From: Marivibrio sp.
GTDB taxonomy: Bacteria; Pseudomonadota; Alphaproteobacteria; UBA8366; Aestuariispiraceae
DNA: 64,000 nt
Direction of reading: 5' to 3'
Assembly (NCBI RefSeq): GCF_040218065.1
Contig: NZ_JAVJQE010000013.1
Coordinates: forward strand, 590,457-654,456
Each line of letters opens with the position of its first letter. The first letter of the stretch is position 1. This document shows positions 28,071 to 37,580 of the stretch, one piece after another. The notes under the pieces were generated by a model that made no database searches, was not told where the DNA came from, and saw only the letters and a program-made list of their open reading frames with translations. Both the position numbers and the translations under genes were made by a program.

Positions 28071-29225
28071 CTAGGCGAGCCAGCGCTTGAGCGCCTGCGC
28101 GGCGGCTGCAACCTCCTCGGTCGCGCCGGCGTAGGAAAACCGCATGGTGCGATGGCCGCGCGCGCCGTCGAAATCGAGGCCCGGCGTCGCCGCCGCACCG
28201 GTCTCCGCCAGCATGCGCGCGCAGAAATCCTGGCTGTCGTTGGTCAGGTGGCCGATGTCCGCATAGAGATAGAAGGCGCCGTCGCCGGGCGCGAGCTCCG
28301 TAAAACCGGCTTTCGGCAATTCGCGCTGAAGCAGGGCGCGGCTCTCAGCATAGCGCCGCAAGTTTCCCTGGAGCTCCTCATGGCAGTCAAAGGCGGCGAT
28401 CGCGGCCTGTTGACTTAAGGTCGGCGGCGAGATGAAGAGGTTCTGCGCCAGGCTTTCGATCGGGCGCAGCAGATCCTCAGGAACCACCATCCAGCCGAGC
28501 CGCCAACCGGTCATGGAGAAGTACTTCGAGAAGCTGTTGACGATCAACGCCTCGTCGGAGAGCGCCGCCGCCGTCGTCGCTGCGAAGTCGTAGGTGACGC
28601 CGTGATAGATCTCGTCCGAGACGAGGCGAATCCCTTCGCGGCGACAATAGTCGACCAGGCGGCGCATCGCCGGCTCGTCCAGCATCGTGCCCGTCGGGTT
28701 TGAGGGGCTGGCGACGATCAAGCCGTCGATCTCGCCCTCGGCGCGGGCCTCGTCGAGTTTCTCGGGCGTCGGCTGGTAGCGCTCCGACGGACCCGTCTCG
28801 ATCTCGACCGGCACGATCCCCAGCGCCGTCAGGATATGCCGGTAGCACGGGTAGCCCGGCGCGGCCAAGGCGACCCGGTCGCCAGGATCGAAGGCGGCGA
28901 GAAATCCCAGAATGAAGGCGCCGGAGGAGCCGGTGGTGACGACCACCCGCCGGGCCGGCACGTCGACGCCGTAGAAGTCGCTGTAATGCCGCGCGATCGC
29001 CTGACGCAGCGCCGGCACGCCCAACGCCACCGTGTAGCCGATGCGCTCCTGATCCAGGGCGCGGTGAGCCGCCTCGATCACGCCCTTCGGCGCGGGCGTG
29101 CCCGGTTGGCCGACCTCGAGATGGTAGACGGCCCCGCCGCTCGCCTCGCGCTCGGCGGCGGCGTTCATAACCTCCATCACGATGAAGGGCGGGATCGCGC
29201 CGCGGCTTCCGATCTTCAACGCCAT
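28071..29225 (-). CDS. pyridoxal-phosphate-dependent aminotransferase (class I/II)
   Basis: Start at MALKIGSRG (ATG 29225). NPTG and SFSKYFSMTGWRLGW (PLP-Lys) motifs. Confidence 0.9.
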   Translation of the reverse strand: MALKIGSRGAIPPFIVMEVMNAAAEREASGGAVYHLEVGQPGTPAPKGVIEAAHRALDQERIGYTVALGVPALRQAIARHYSDFYGVDVPARRVVVTTGSSGAFILGFLAAFDPGDRVALAAPGYPCYRHILTALGIVPVEIETGPSERYQPTPEKLDEARAEGEIDGLIVASPSNPTGTMLDEPAMRRLVDYCRREGIRLVSDEIYHGVTYDFAATTAAALSDEALIVNSFSKYFSMTGWRLGWMVVPEDLLRPIESLAQNLFISPPTLSQQAAIAAFDCHEELQGNLRRYAESRALLQRELPKAGFTELAPGDGAFYLYADIGHLTNDSQDFCARMLAETGAAATPGLDFDGARGHRTMRFSYAGATEEVAAAAQALKRWLA

Positions 29226-29259
29226 CGCAGGACCTCCGGCATTAGAGGAGCGGGCCGCG

Positions 29260-30948
29260 TCAGCTCTCGTCCGCGGCGGTGACCGCCAGACCGAAGCCCC
29301 GCGGATCGTTCGCGACCGCGCAAAACGACCCGCGGTTCGGGTTCGGCAGACCGAACGGACAGTGCACCAGGTTGGCGCGCGCCGGCCAGTCGGTGCGCTG
29401 CACCTCGTGGCCGCTGATGCGCAGCGCCTCCGCCATCGCGGCCTCCTGCGAGCCGTCCGGCGCATTGCTCTCCAAAACGGTCAAGTTCGGCGCATCGACG
29501 CCCAGCACGCGCGGCAGAGCGATCGCCTCGCGCGGCCCCAGGCCGCGCAGCAGCACGTCTGCGGACAGCTGCGTCGACGTCGCCTGGGCGAAGGCGCCGC
29601 CGACGGAGGCGACGGCGAATTCGAAGGCGAGGCTGGTGGCGTCGACAGCGACCGCCGGTCCGAGCGACAGCGGGTTGCGGCCCCGTCCCGTCGGCGCGGC
29701 GGCCGGGATTATGCCGGTCCCCTCAACCACCCGTCCGGTGCCGAACGGATAATAGTTGGTCAGTTCGCAGGCGACCGCCATCCCCTCCCGATCGACGACG
29801 ACGAAGCCGGCGCCCGCCGGCGCTTCGACCAGATCCCGGGGCGGTCCGTCGGGCGCCTGTACGGACGCGTCGATCGGACTGTAGCCCGCAAAAAGCCTCG
29901 CAAGGCGCGCCTCGGCGATCAGCGATGCGGCGTCTGGGGCGGCGAAAAGATCCGCGCCCAGCCAGCGGCGGCGATCCGCCAGCGCGCGCTTGGAGACCTC
30001 GGCCAGCAGATGCGGCCGCTCGCCGTCGCTGGCGTCGGCGTAGCGATCGTCCGCGGCCAACAATGCGAAGCTTTGCGCCATGACCGGACCCGCCTGCGCA
30101 GGCGGCGGCGCGACGTGAAGTTCCCCCGTGCCGAAGGGAATCAACAGCGTGCTGCGCCACTCGGGAATGAAGCTTCGCAGGTCCTCGCGCGTCAGAGAGC
30201 CGCCGGCGGCTCGGTAGGCCTCGACCAGACGATCGGCGAAGGCGCCGGTGTAGAGCACGCCGCCGCCTTGCGTGCGGATGCGAGCGAGCAATCCCCCGAG
30301 ATCAAGCTGCGTGAAGCGATCCCCCTCGCCGACCGGCCGGCCGTCGGGGCGCAGGAAAATCTCGCGCAAGTCGGGATCGGCGAAGAGCGCGCCCGCGGCC
30401 GGGGCCAACTCGGTCGCGAAAGCGCGGCTTGCGCGATGGCCGAGGCGGGCCAACTGCTCCGCAGGAGCGACCAGCCTACGCCAATCGAGTCGTCCGTAGC
30501 GCGCATGCAGCGCGACCATGCCGCGGGTCATGGCCGGCACCGCGGTCGGGCGATCGCCGGCCGGCCCGGAACCGGGGCGCGCGATGAAATCCAGCGCCTC
30601 CGTCACGCCCAAGGTCGCGTCATGCACCACGCACGAGCCGCCGCCGCCCAACGTTATGCCGGACGGATAGGTGACCGACAGCGCAAAGCCCATCGCGACC
30701 GCCGCGTCTGCGGCCGTGCCGCCGGCGGTCAGCACGTCGCGGCCGACAAGGGCTGCGTTGGGCTCGTCGACCGAGAGGCCGCCGAAGAAACCTTCGATAT
30801 AGCCGACCTCGCCGAAAGAAGCCTTCTCCTCGCCGTCCCCGGCGCAGGCGGCCAGGGGAAGCGCGAGCGTCAGCACAACGGCGCGCAGCAGCCGCGCGCG
30901 CTTCAGGCGGTCGAATAAGGCGTTTTCGCGGCGCGGTTTGCTGGTCAT
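29260..30948 (-). CDS. gamma-glutamyltransferase-fold lipoprotein, probably non-catalytic
   Basis: Start at MTSKPRR... with lipobox LPLAAC. GGT-like LGGGGSCVV, FGTG and NDPRGFG. The position of the TTH nucleophile motif reads GAGF. Confidence 0.8.
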   Translation of the reverse strand: MTSKPRRENALFDRLKRARLLRAVVLTLALPLAACAGDGEEKASFGEVGYIEGFFGGLSVDEPNAALVGRDVLTAGGTAADAAVAMGFALSVTYPSGITLGGGGSCVVHDATLGVTEALDFIARPGSGPAGDRPTAVPAMTRGMVALHARYGRLDWRRLVAPAEQLARLGHRASRAFATELAPAAGALFADPDLREIFLRPDGRPVGEGDRFTQLDLGGLLARIRTQGGGVLYTGAFADRLVEAYRAAGGSLTREDLRSFIPEWRSTLLIPFGTGELHVAPPPAQAGPVMAQSFALLAADDRYADASDGERPHLLAEVSKRALADRRRWLGADLFAAPDAASLIAEARLARLFAGYSPIDASVQAPDGPPRDLVEAPAGAGFVVVDREGMAVACELTNYYPFGTGRVVEGTGIIPAAAPTGRGRNPLSLGPAVAVDATSLAFEFAVASVGGAFAQATSTQLSADVLLRGLGPREAIALPRVLGVDAPNLTVLESNAPDGSQEAAMAEALRISGHEVQRTDWPARANLVHCPFGLPNPNRGSFCAVANDPRGFGLAVTAADES

Positions 30949-31003
30949 CGCGGGACACACTAGATTAGCGGGGCGGCGACGGAAATCAGGGACTTGGATA
31001 CTC

Positions 31004-32416
31004 ATGCGCTTTTCTACCTTCTGGCGGAGCGCAGTCAATGCGCGAACGGCGCGGCGCGGGCGGCGCCGGCTGAGCGCGCTGGCCGCCGCCGCGTTGGCCT
31101 TCGCGCTCGCCGCGCCGGCCGACCTGCACGCGCAGGGCCGGAGCATGAGTCTGGTGCGCGACACGGAAACCGAAAACGCCATGCGCGTCTACCTGGCGCC
31201 GATCTTCGAGTCGGCCGGCCTCGATCCCGCGTCGGTGCGCATCCATCTGGTGAAGGACGACGCGATCAACGCCTTCGTCGCCGGCGGCCAGAACATCTTC
31301 ATCCACACCGGCCTGCTGACGGCGGCGGACGGGCCGGGCGAGGTGATCGGCGTGCTGGCGCACGAAGTCGGCCACATCACCGGCGGCCATCTGGCCCGCT
31401 TTCGCGAGAATTTGGAGAACGCCCAGATTCAGTCGCTGGCCGCCCTCATCCTGGGCGGCGCGGCGGCGATCGCGGCGGGCGAGCCGGGCGGCGTCGGCGC
31501 GGCGGTCTCGCTTGGCGATCAAATCGGTCGACGCTCAATGCTGAGCTACACCCGCGACATGGAGCGGGCGGCCGATCAGGCGGCGATGGACTTTCTGAAG
31601 GCCGCGGGCCTGAGCCCGAAAGGCTACGAGCAAATCCTGGTCAAGCTGCAGCGCCGCGCGAAGCTCTACAGCGCGGGCGCGAACCCCTATGAACAGACCC
31701 ACCCGGTCACCGAGGACCGTTTGGCCTTCGTGCGCAATCAGCTGGAGACTTGGCCCGTCGAGAACGCCGACATGCCGCAGGAGTACATAGACCTGCATCA
31801 CCGCATAAAGGCGAAGCTGGCCGGCTACATTCAGGACCCTCAACGCACATTGGAGGATTACGGCCCGACCCGCGACGACGTGCCGGCGCGCTACGCCCGC
31901 GCCGTCGCCTACATGCGCGATTATAAGCCGGACGAGGCGTTGCGGCTGGCGGAGGGGCTGATCGCCGACTTCCCCAACGACCCGTTCTTTTACGAACTTA
32001 AGGGCGACATCTACCTCAACACGGGCCAGGTCGAGAAGGCGGTAGAGCCCTACGAGCAAGCGGTGCAGATGTTGCCTTGGGCGGCGCTGATCCGCATTCA
32101 GCTCGCCCGCGCGCTTCTGGAGCAGAACCGCAGCGGCGTGGAGGAGCAGGCGCTCGACCATCTGATCAAGGCGCGCCGCTATGAACCGGACTCAAGCGAA
32201 TTGTGGCGCCTCACCGCGGCCGCCTACAATCGGTTGGGCGACATGGGACAGGTGGCGCTCGCCCAGGCGGAACGCAGCTTTCGCGGCGGCCGAAACCAGG
32301 AAGCCAAGGCGCACGCCGACCGCGCGATGGAGTTGCTGCCCGAACACGGCGCAAGCTGGCTGCGCGCCCAGGACATCGCGTTGCAGGTCGAAGAGCGTCA
32401 GCGGCGCGATGAGTGA
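31004..32416 (+). CDS. M48-family metalloprotease with C-terminal TPR domain
   Basis: Signal peptide. HEVGH zinc motif (LAHEVGHITGGH). TPR-like repeats in the C-terminal half. Confidence 0.85.
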   Translation: MRFSTFWRSAVNARTARRGRRRLSALAAAALAFALAAPADLHAQGRSMSLVRDTETENAMRVYLAPIFESAGLDPASVRIHLVKDDAINAFVAGGQNIFIHTGLLTAADGPGEVIGVLAHEVGHITGGHLARFRENLENAQIQSLAALILGGAAAIAAGEPGGVGAAVSLGDQIGRRSMLSYTRDMERAADQAAMDFLKAAGLSPKGYEQILVKLQRRAKLYSAGANPYEQTHPVTEDRLAFVRNQLETWPVENADMPQEYIDLHHRIKAKLAGYIQDPQRTLEDYGPTRDDVPARYARAVAYMRDYKPDEALRLAEGLIADFPNDPFFYELKGDIYLNTGQVEKAVEPYEQAVQMLPWAALIRIQLARALLEQNRSGVEEQALDHLIKARRYEPDSSELWRLTAAAYNRLGDMGQVALAQAERSFRGGRNQEAKAHADRAMELLPEHGASWLRAQDIALQVEERQRRDE

Positions 32417-32576
32417 GCCTCCTCGCGCCTGTCCGGCGAGGGTCGGAGTCGCCGAGACCCGGTCGGGCGACGCGTTTGCGGGACACGGTAAATCCTGCGT
32501 GAAGCGGCTTGGCCGCGAGGCTGCGCTCGCTTAGCTTGCACAGGCCGATCACCGCAGCAGCCAAGGATCGAGAGCC

Positions 32577-33365
32577 ATGCCCCTTCGCCGCCCCCTCCCC
32601 CGCCTCTTCGGCGCCCTCGCCCTCGTCGCGACGCTCGCCGCCCCGGCCGCCGGCCCGGCCGTCGCGCAGCAGCCCGGAGGTTTGTCCGACGCCGAACGAA
32701 CGGAGATCGAGACGCTGGTGCGCGACTACATCCTCAACAATCCGGAGATCATTCTTGAGGCGGTCAATCGTCTGCAAGCGCGCCAGGAAGCCGAGGAGCA
32801 GGCGCGCCGCCAGGCCGCGCTCGCGCAGAACGCCGACAAGCTGTACGCCGATCCGCGCGCGCCCACGCACGGTCCCGGCGACGCGTCGATCACGCTGGTC
32901 GAGTTCTTCGACTACCAGTGCGGCTACTGCAAACAGATCCTGCCGGACATGGTGAAGCTGGCGGAATCGCGCGAGGATTTGAAGATCGTCTTCAAGGAGT
33001 TCCCGATCCTGGGGCCGATGTCCGAGGTGGCGGCGCGGGCCGCCCTGGCCGCCGAAAGGCAGGGCGCCTATTTCGCCTATCATCGCGCGGTTATGGGGAT
33101 GCGCGGGCAGCTGACGGAACAGAAGCTCTACGACGAGGCCGCGGCGCTCGGCTTAGACGTCGAGCGGCTGAAGGCCGACATGGGCGACCCAGACATCGCC
33201 GCTTATCTGGAAAGCAACCGCCAGCTGGCGCAACAGATCGGCGTGACGGGTACGCCGGCGCTGATCGTCGGCGATGCGTTGATCCCCGGCGCTATCAGCT
33301 ACGAGCGGATGGTGCAGTTGATCGAGGCCGAAGAGGCGCGGCGCGAGGCCGAGAAGGACGGCTGA
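32577..33365 (+). CDS. DsbA-family thiol:disulfide oxidoreductase
   Basis: Signal peptide. FFDYQCGYCKQ CxxC thioredoxin motif, and GVTGTPALIVG. Confidence 0.85.
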   Translation: MPLRRPLPRLFGALALVATLAAPAAGPAVAQQPGGLSDAERTEIETLVRDYILNNPEIILEAVNRLQARQEAEEQARRQAALAQNADKLYADPRAPTHGPGDASITLVEFFDYQCGYCKQILPDMVKLAESREDLKIVFKEFPILGPMSEVAARAALAAERQGAYFAYHRAVMGMRGQLTEQKLYDEAAALGLDVERLKADMGDPDIAAYLESNRQLAQQIGVTGTPALIVGDALIPGAISYERMVQLIEAEEARREAEKDG

Positions 33366-33393
33366 CGCGCCCCGGGTCGCCTCGTCCGCCGGT

Positions 33394-34131
33394 ATGCTGC
33401 GCTACCCCGCCCCTCTGGTCGAAGGCCGGCTGCTGCGACGCTACAAACGCTTTCTCGCCGACGTTGCGCTCGGGGCGGACGGCGCGGGCGAGAGCGTGGT
33501 CGCCCATTGCGGCAACCCGGGCTCGATGATCGGCTTGGCCGATCCGGGATCCGCCGTTTGGCTCGCCCGCAACGCGAACCCGAAGGCGAAGCTCGACTGG
33601 CGCTGGGAGATCGCGACGCAGACGATCGACGGCGCGGCGCATCCGGTGGGCATCAACACCGGGCTCGCCAACCGGATCGTGGAGGGGGCGATCGCGGCGG
33701 GCCGCATCGCCCCGCTCGCCGGCTATGAGAGCCTGCGCCGGGAGGTGAAATACGGCGCGAACAGCCGCATCGATCTGCTGTTGGAGAGCCGGACCGCGCC
33801 GCCCTGCTATGTCGAGGTGAAGAGCGTCACGCTGCGTCGGCCCGAAGGGCCTGACCCTGCCGCAGCCGAGTTTCCGGACGCCGTGACGGCGCGGGGCGCC
33901 AAGCATCTGGCCGAGCTGGCCGCTCGCGCGCAAGCGGGAGAGCGCGCCGTAATGGTCTATCTTGTCCAGCGGGCGGACTGCGCCCATTTCCGCTTGGCCG
34001 ACGACATCGACCCGGCCTACGCCCACGCGTTCGCCCAGGCGACGGGGGCGGGCGTCGAAGTCTTGTGTTACGATTGTCTTGTTGCGCCCGAGGGCATAGA
34101 ACTGAATGGTCCGCTCGCAACGGCGCTGTAA
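33394..34131 (+). CDS. sfsA: sugar fermentation stimulation protein A homolog
   Basis: GRLLRRYKRFLADV, HCGNPGSM and YVEVKSVTL are typical SfsA motifs. Confidence 0.9.
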   Translation: MLRYPAPLVEGRLLRRYKRFLADVALGADGAGESVVAHCGNPGSMIGLADPGSAVWLARNANPKAKLDWRWEIATQTIDGAAHPVGINTGLANRIVEGAIAAGRIAPLAGYESLRREVKYGANSRIDLLLESRTAPPCYVEVKSVTLRRPEGPDPAAAEFPDAVTARGAKHLAELAARAQAGERAVMVYLVQRADCAHFRLADDIDPAYAHAFAQATGAGVEVLCYDCLVAPEGIELNGPLATAL

Positions 34132-34220
34132 CGGCCCGGCGGGCTTGCGGGCTGCGGACCAACGGTGAACGGCGCGGCGGACCGACGACGCGCCGAAGAA
34201 GCTTCGGGAAAGACCGGTCG

Positions 34221-35036
34221 ATGAACAAGATATACAACAGCGAAGCGGGGCGCATTAAGCTTCACGGCGCGGCCGAATTCGACGGCATGCGCCGCGCCGG
34301 GCGGTTGGCCGCGCAGGTGCTGGACTTCATCACCGAACATGTTCGCCCCGGCGTCAGCACGGGCGAACTCGACCGGCTGTGCCACGATTACATCACCGCG
34401 GCCGGCGCGACGCCCGCGCCGCTCAACTACCGCGGCTTCCCGAAATCGATCTGCACCAGCCTCAACCACGTGGTCTGTCACGGCATTCCGGACGACGCCA
34501 AGAAGCTCAAGGACGGCGACGTCCTTAACATCGACGTCACCGTGATTCTCGACGGCTGGCACGGCGACACGAGCCGGATGTTCTTCGTCGGCGAAAAGGC
34601 GCCCGTCAAAGCGCGAAATCTGACCCGCGTCACCTACGAATGCATGATGAAGGGCATAGAGGTCGTGAAGCCCGGCGCGCGTCTCGGCGACATCGGCGCC
34701 GCGATTCAGGAGCACGCGGAGGCTCACCGCTTCTCCGTCGTGCGGGACTTCTGCGGCCACGGGATCGGCCGCGTGTTCCACGACGCCCCCAGCGTGCTGC
34801 ATTTCGGGCGCGCCGGCGAAGGGCTGGAGTTGAAGGAAGGCATGTTCTTCACGGTGGAGCCGATGATCAACGCCGGCAAACATCCGGTGAAGATCCTGAA
34901 TGACGGCTGGACGGCGGTGACCAAGGACAAGTCGCTCTCCGCGCAGTTTGAGCACACGATCGCCGTGACCGCCGACGGCTACGAGATCTTCACGCTCTCC
35001 CCCAAGGGCTGGCGCCAGCCGCCTTACGAGAGCTGA
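34221..35036 (+). CDS. map: type I methionine aminopeptidase
   Basis: Start at MNKIYNSE. NHVVCHGIP, DVTVILDGWHGD, GHGIGRVFHD and FTVEPM metal-ligand motifs. Confidence 0.96.
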   Translation: MNKIYNSEAGRIKLHGAAEFDGMRRAGRLAAQVLDFITEHVRPGVSTGELDRLCHDYITAAGATPAPLNYRGFPKSICTSLNHVVCHGIPDDAKKLKDGDVLNIDVTVILDGWHGDTSRMFFVGEKAPVKARNLTRVTYECMMKGIEVVKPGARLGDIGAAIQEHAEAHRFSVVRDFCGHGIGRVFHDAPSVLHFGRAGEGLELKEGMFFTVEPMINAGKHPVKILNDGWTAVTKDKSLSAQFEHTIAVTADGYEIFTLSPKGWRQPPYES

Positions 35037-35067
35037 GCGCGGCTTCCGCACGAGACGAGGCGCCCCG

Positions 35068-35775
35068 ATGGCCGACGACGTCCAGCCCGAGAAGAGCCGC
35101 GCCAAGCCGCACTACCATGAGCATAGAAATCGGTTGCGCGCTCGCTTTGCGGGGGATGCGGGCGCGTCGATGCCGGACTACGAATTGCTGGAGCTGGTGC
35201 TGTGCGGCGCGATCCCGCGGCGCGACGTGAAACCGATCGCCAAGGCCCTGCTGAAGCGCTTCGGCGGGTTCGGCGATGTGATCTCGGCGGATCTGAAGGC
35301 CTTGCAGGCCGTGGACGGCATGGGCTTCACCTCGGCCGTGCATCTTAAGGCGGTGCAGCAGGCAGCGATAAGGCTGCTCAAGCATGAGGTGGAAGAGGGG
35401 CACGTCCTGTCATCCTGGGACGCGGTGGTCGACTATTGCCGGGCGGCGATGAGTCGCGACAAGGTGGAGCGGTTTCGGCTGCTGTTCCTCAACAACCGCA
35501 ACCGGCTGATCGCCGACGAAGTCCAACAGACCGGCACCGTCGACCACACCCCGCTTTACCCGCGCGAGGTGGTGAAACGCGCGCTGGAGCTCGGCGCCAG
35601 CGCGCTCATCATGGTGCACAATCACCCGTCCGGCGATCCGACGCCGAGCCAGGCCGACATCGTCATGACGCACGCGGTGCGCGACGCGCTGGCGAAAATC
35701 GACATCCGGCTGCACGACCACATCATCATCGGCCGGCGGGAGACCGTCAGCCTGCGGAGCGACGGGCTGATTTAA
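35068..35775 (+). CDS. radC: RadC-family JAB-domain protein
   Basis: HNHPSGDPTPSQADI JAMM motif, with an HhH-like N-terminal region. Confidence 0.92.
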   Translation: MADDVQPEKSRAKPHYHEHRNRLRARFAGDAGASMPDYELLELVLCGAIPRRDVKPIAKALLKRFGGFGDVISADLKALQAVDGMGFTSAVHLKAVQQAAIRLLKHEVEEGHVLSSWDAVVDYCRAAMSRDKVERFRLLFLNNRNRLIADEVQQTGTVDHTPLYPREVVKRALELGASALIMVHNHPSGDPTPSQADIVMTHAVRDALAKIDIRLHDHIIIGRRETVSLRSDGLI

Positions 35776-35879
35776 GGCGAAGTCGCGTGCGCATATCACT
35801 TTATCGCGTATTTTTCAGATAACGCGCTTAAAAGTCGTGTACCCTTCTCCCGCATATTCGAAACCGTGGGGGAAGACCG

Positions 35880-37511
35880 ATGTTCAAACGCTTTACCGGA
35901 CTCACGACCGCCCTGGCCGGCGCCGCCCTGGCGATCAGCGTGGCGAGCGCACCGCCAGCGGCGGCGCAATTAGCCATTCCGTCTGACGCCGTCTCTGACT
36001 GCACCCTGTCGGAGAGCGACCTGGCCGGATGGTTCGCGAATGGGACGATCGCCGCCGACGGCGCCGTCAACGCGGCCGACAGCCTGACGTTCCCAAACGA
36101 CAGCGATATCTGCGACTTCTACAAGTGGGGCGCGCAGATGTTTCTCTGGCTCGCCTCGCCGGAGGCTGACGGAGTCGTCATGACCGGCTCGGAGTTCTTC
36201 GACGTCTCGCCGGAGACGTACGATTCCGCCAGCAAGGAGACCGTGCGGCGGCTGATCCCGAACGACGGGTCGAGCGCGCTGCAGCTGGCCTTGCGCAACC
36301 AGAAGTTCGAGGAGATCGAGGAGCTGGCGCAGGCCGGCAGCTCGGGCGTGCTGATGTCGCAGGGCGGATCGCTTCTCTACTACGGCGTGCACGTGAACGA
36401 GTTCTACGGTTACTTCCTCACCGCCCAAAAGACGGCCGATCGGGGCTCGTATTTCGGATCGATCGTGGATTTCGCCATCGGGCCGAACGACGTGACACAG
36501 CTTCAGGGTTTTATGCAAACCGCCTTCCCAGGCGTCACGCTGAACTCGCCGCAGACGCTCACGATGGAGCTGAAGACCTCCTGGGTGGACGCCGCGACGG
36601 TCGACAAGGACCGGTACGTCACGATCCAGGCGACCGTGCCGAAGTTCTCGCCGATCTCTTCGGGCGATACGACGCTGTGGACGCCGGACGGGACGGAACC
36701 TAAGGAGCTGGCGTTGACCGGCGTGCATGTCGTCGGCACCGTTCTGGATCATCCGGAATTCGTCTGGGCGACCTTCGAGCATGTCGACAACGCGCCCAAC
36801 AACGCCTTCGTCTACAACACCGGCTCGCTCGCGAACCCGACCCCGAAGACGCAGGCCTATCAGGCCGGCGGCGATTTCATCCTGCGCGCAGCGGGCGCGA
36901 CGCCGAGCGACGCCAACAAGGAATGCATGATCCAGCTCGACGCCAAGAAGGCGGCCGCGATCGGCGTGCCCGCCGGCAGCATCGCCGCCGTCGACGCCGG
37001 CGGCAAGCCGGTCTACGGCACGAACCACAGTCCGCGCTGCGAAGGCGGGATCGTCGCGTCCAGCACGGTGCGCGACAGCCCCTGGGGCAGCGCCAACGCC
37101 AACGACATGAGCCGCATGTCGAGCGCCGATCAGACGGCGATCGCGCTAAACAACTCGCGCCTGATCACGCTCAACGCCGACATGATCGCGTTGCTGGCCG
37201 ACGCGGGCGACGTTCGGGCCAACTACGTGCAGAACGGCGGGATCTGGACAAACATCGACAGCCCGCGCGCGACCGACGGGCTGGCCCCGATCCCCAACAA
37301 GGCGACCGCGGACGATCTACGCGGATCCTTGAAGCTCTACAACACCACGATGGAGACCTACACCTACATGGACAGCTTCGCGCCTAACTGCTTCAGTTGT
37401 CATGCGCTGTTCAAGTCGGGCGGCAGCTATCCGAAGAACAGCTTCGCCCCGTTCAATCTCTCGCACATCTATTCGGAGATCATTCCGCTGACGCCCACGG
37501 CAGGCGACTGA
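35880..37511 (+). CDS. hypothetical secreted protein with a single C-terminal CxxCH motif
   Basis: Sec signal peptide (..ISVASAPPAAAQ). 543 aa with no recognisable domain. NCFSCH lies about 45 aa from the C-terminus. SD is GGGGGAAG. Confidence 0.7.
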   Translation: MFKRFTGLTTALAGAALAISVASAPPAAAQLAIPSDAVSDCTLSESDLAGWFANGTIAADGAVNAADSLTFPNDSDICDFYKWGAQMFLWLASPEADGVVMTGSEFFDVSPETYDSASKETVRRLIPNDGSSALQLALRNQKFEEIEELAQAGSSGVLMSQGGSLLYYGVHVNEFYGYFLTAQKTADRGSYFGSIVDFAIGPNDVTQLQGFMQTAFPGVTLNSPQTLTMELKTSWVDAATVDKDRYVTIQATVPKFSPISSGDTTLWTPDGTEPKELALTGVHVVGTVLDHPEFVWATFEHVDNAPNNAFVYNTGSLANPTPKTQAYQAGGDFILRAAGATPSDANKECMIQLDAKKAAAIGVPAGSIAAVDAGGKPVYGTNHSPRCEGGIVASSTVRDSPWGSANANDMSRMSSADQTAIALNNSRLITLNADMIALLADAGDVRANYVQNGGIWTNIDSPRATDGLAPIPNKATADDLRGSLKLYNTTMETYTYMDSFAPNCFSCHALFKSGGSYPKNSFAPFNLSHIYSEIIPLTPTAGD

Positions 37512-37537
37512 GAAGCGGAGCTCTTGCGACGCACTGA

Positions 37538-37565
37538 GGGGGCGCGCGCTTCGGCGCGCGCCCCC
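37538..37565. terminator. bidirectional hairpin terminator between convergent genes
   Basis: GGGGGCGCGCGC-ttcg-GCGCGCGCCCCC perfect 12-bp stem, followed by GCTTCTTTC on the + strand. Confidence 0.65.
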
Positions 37566-37580
37566 GCTTCTTTCGGCGTC

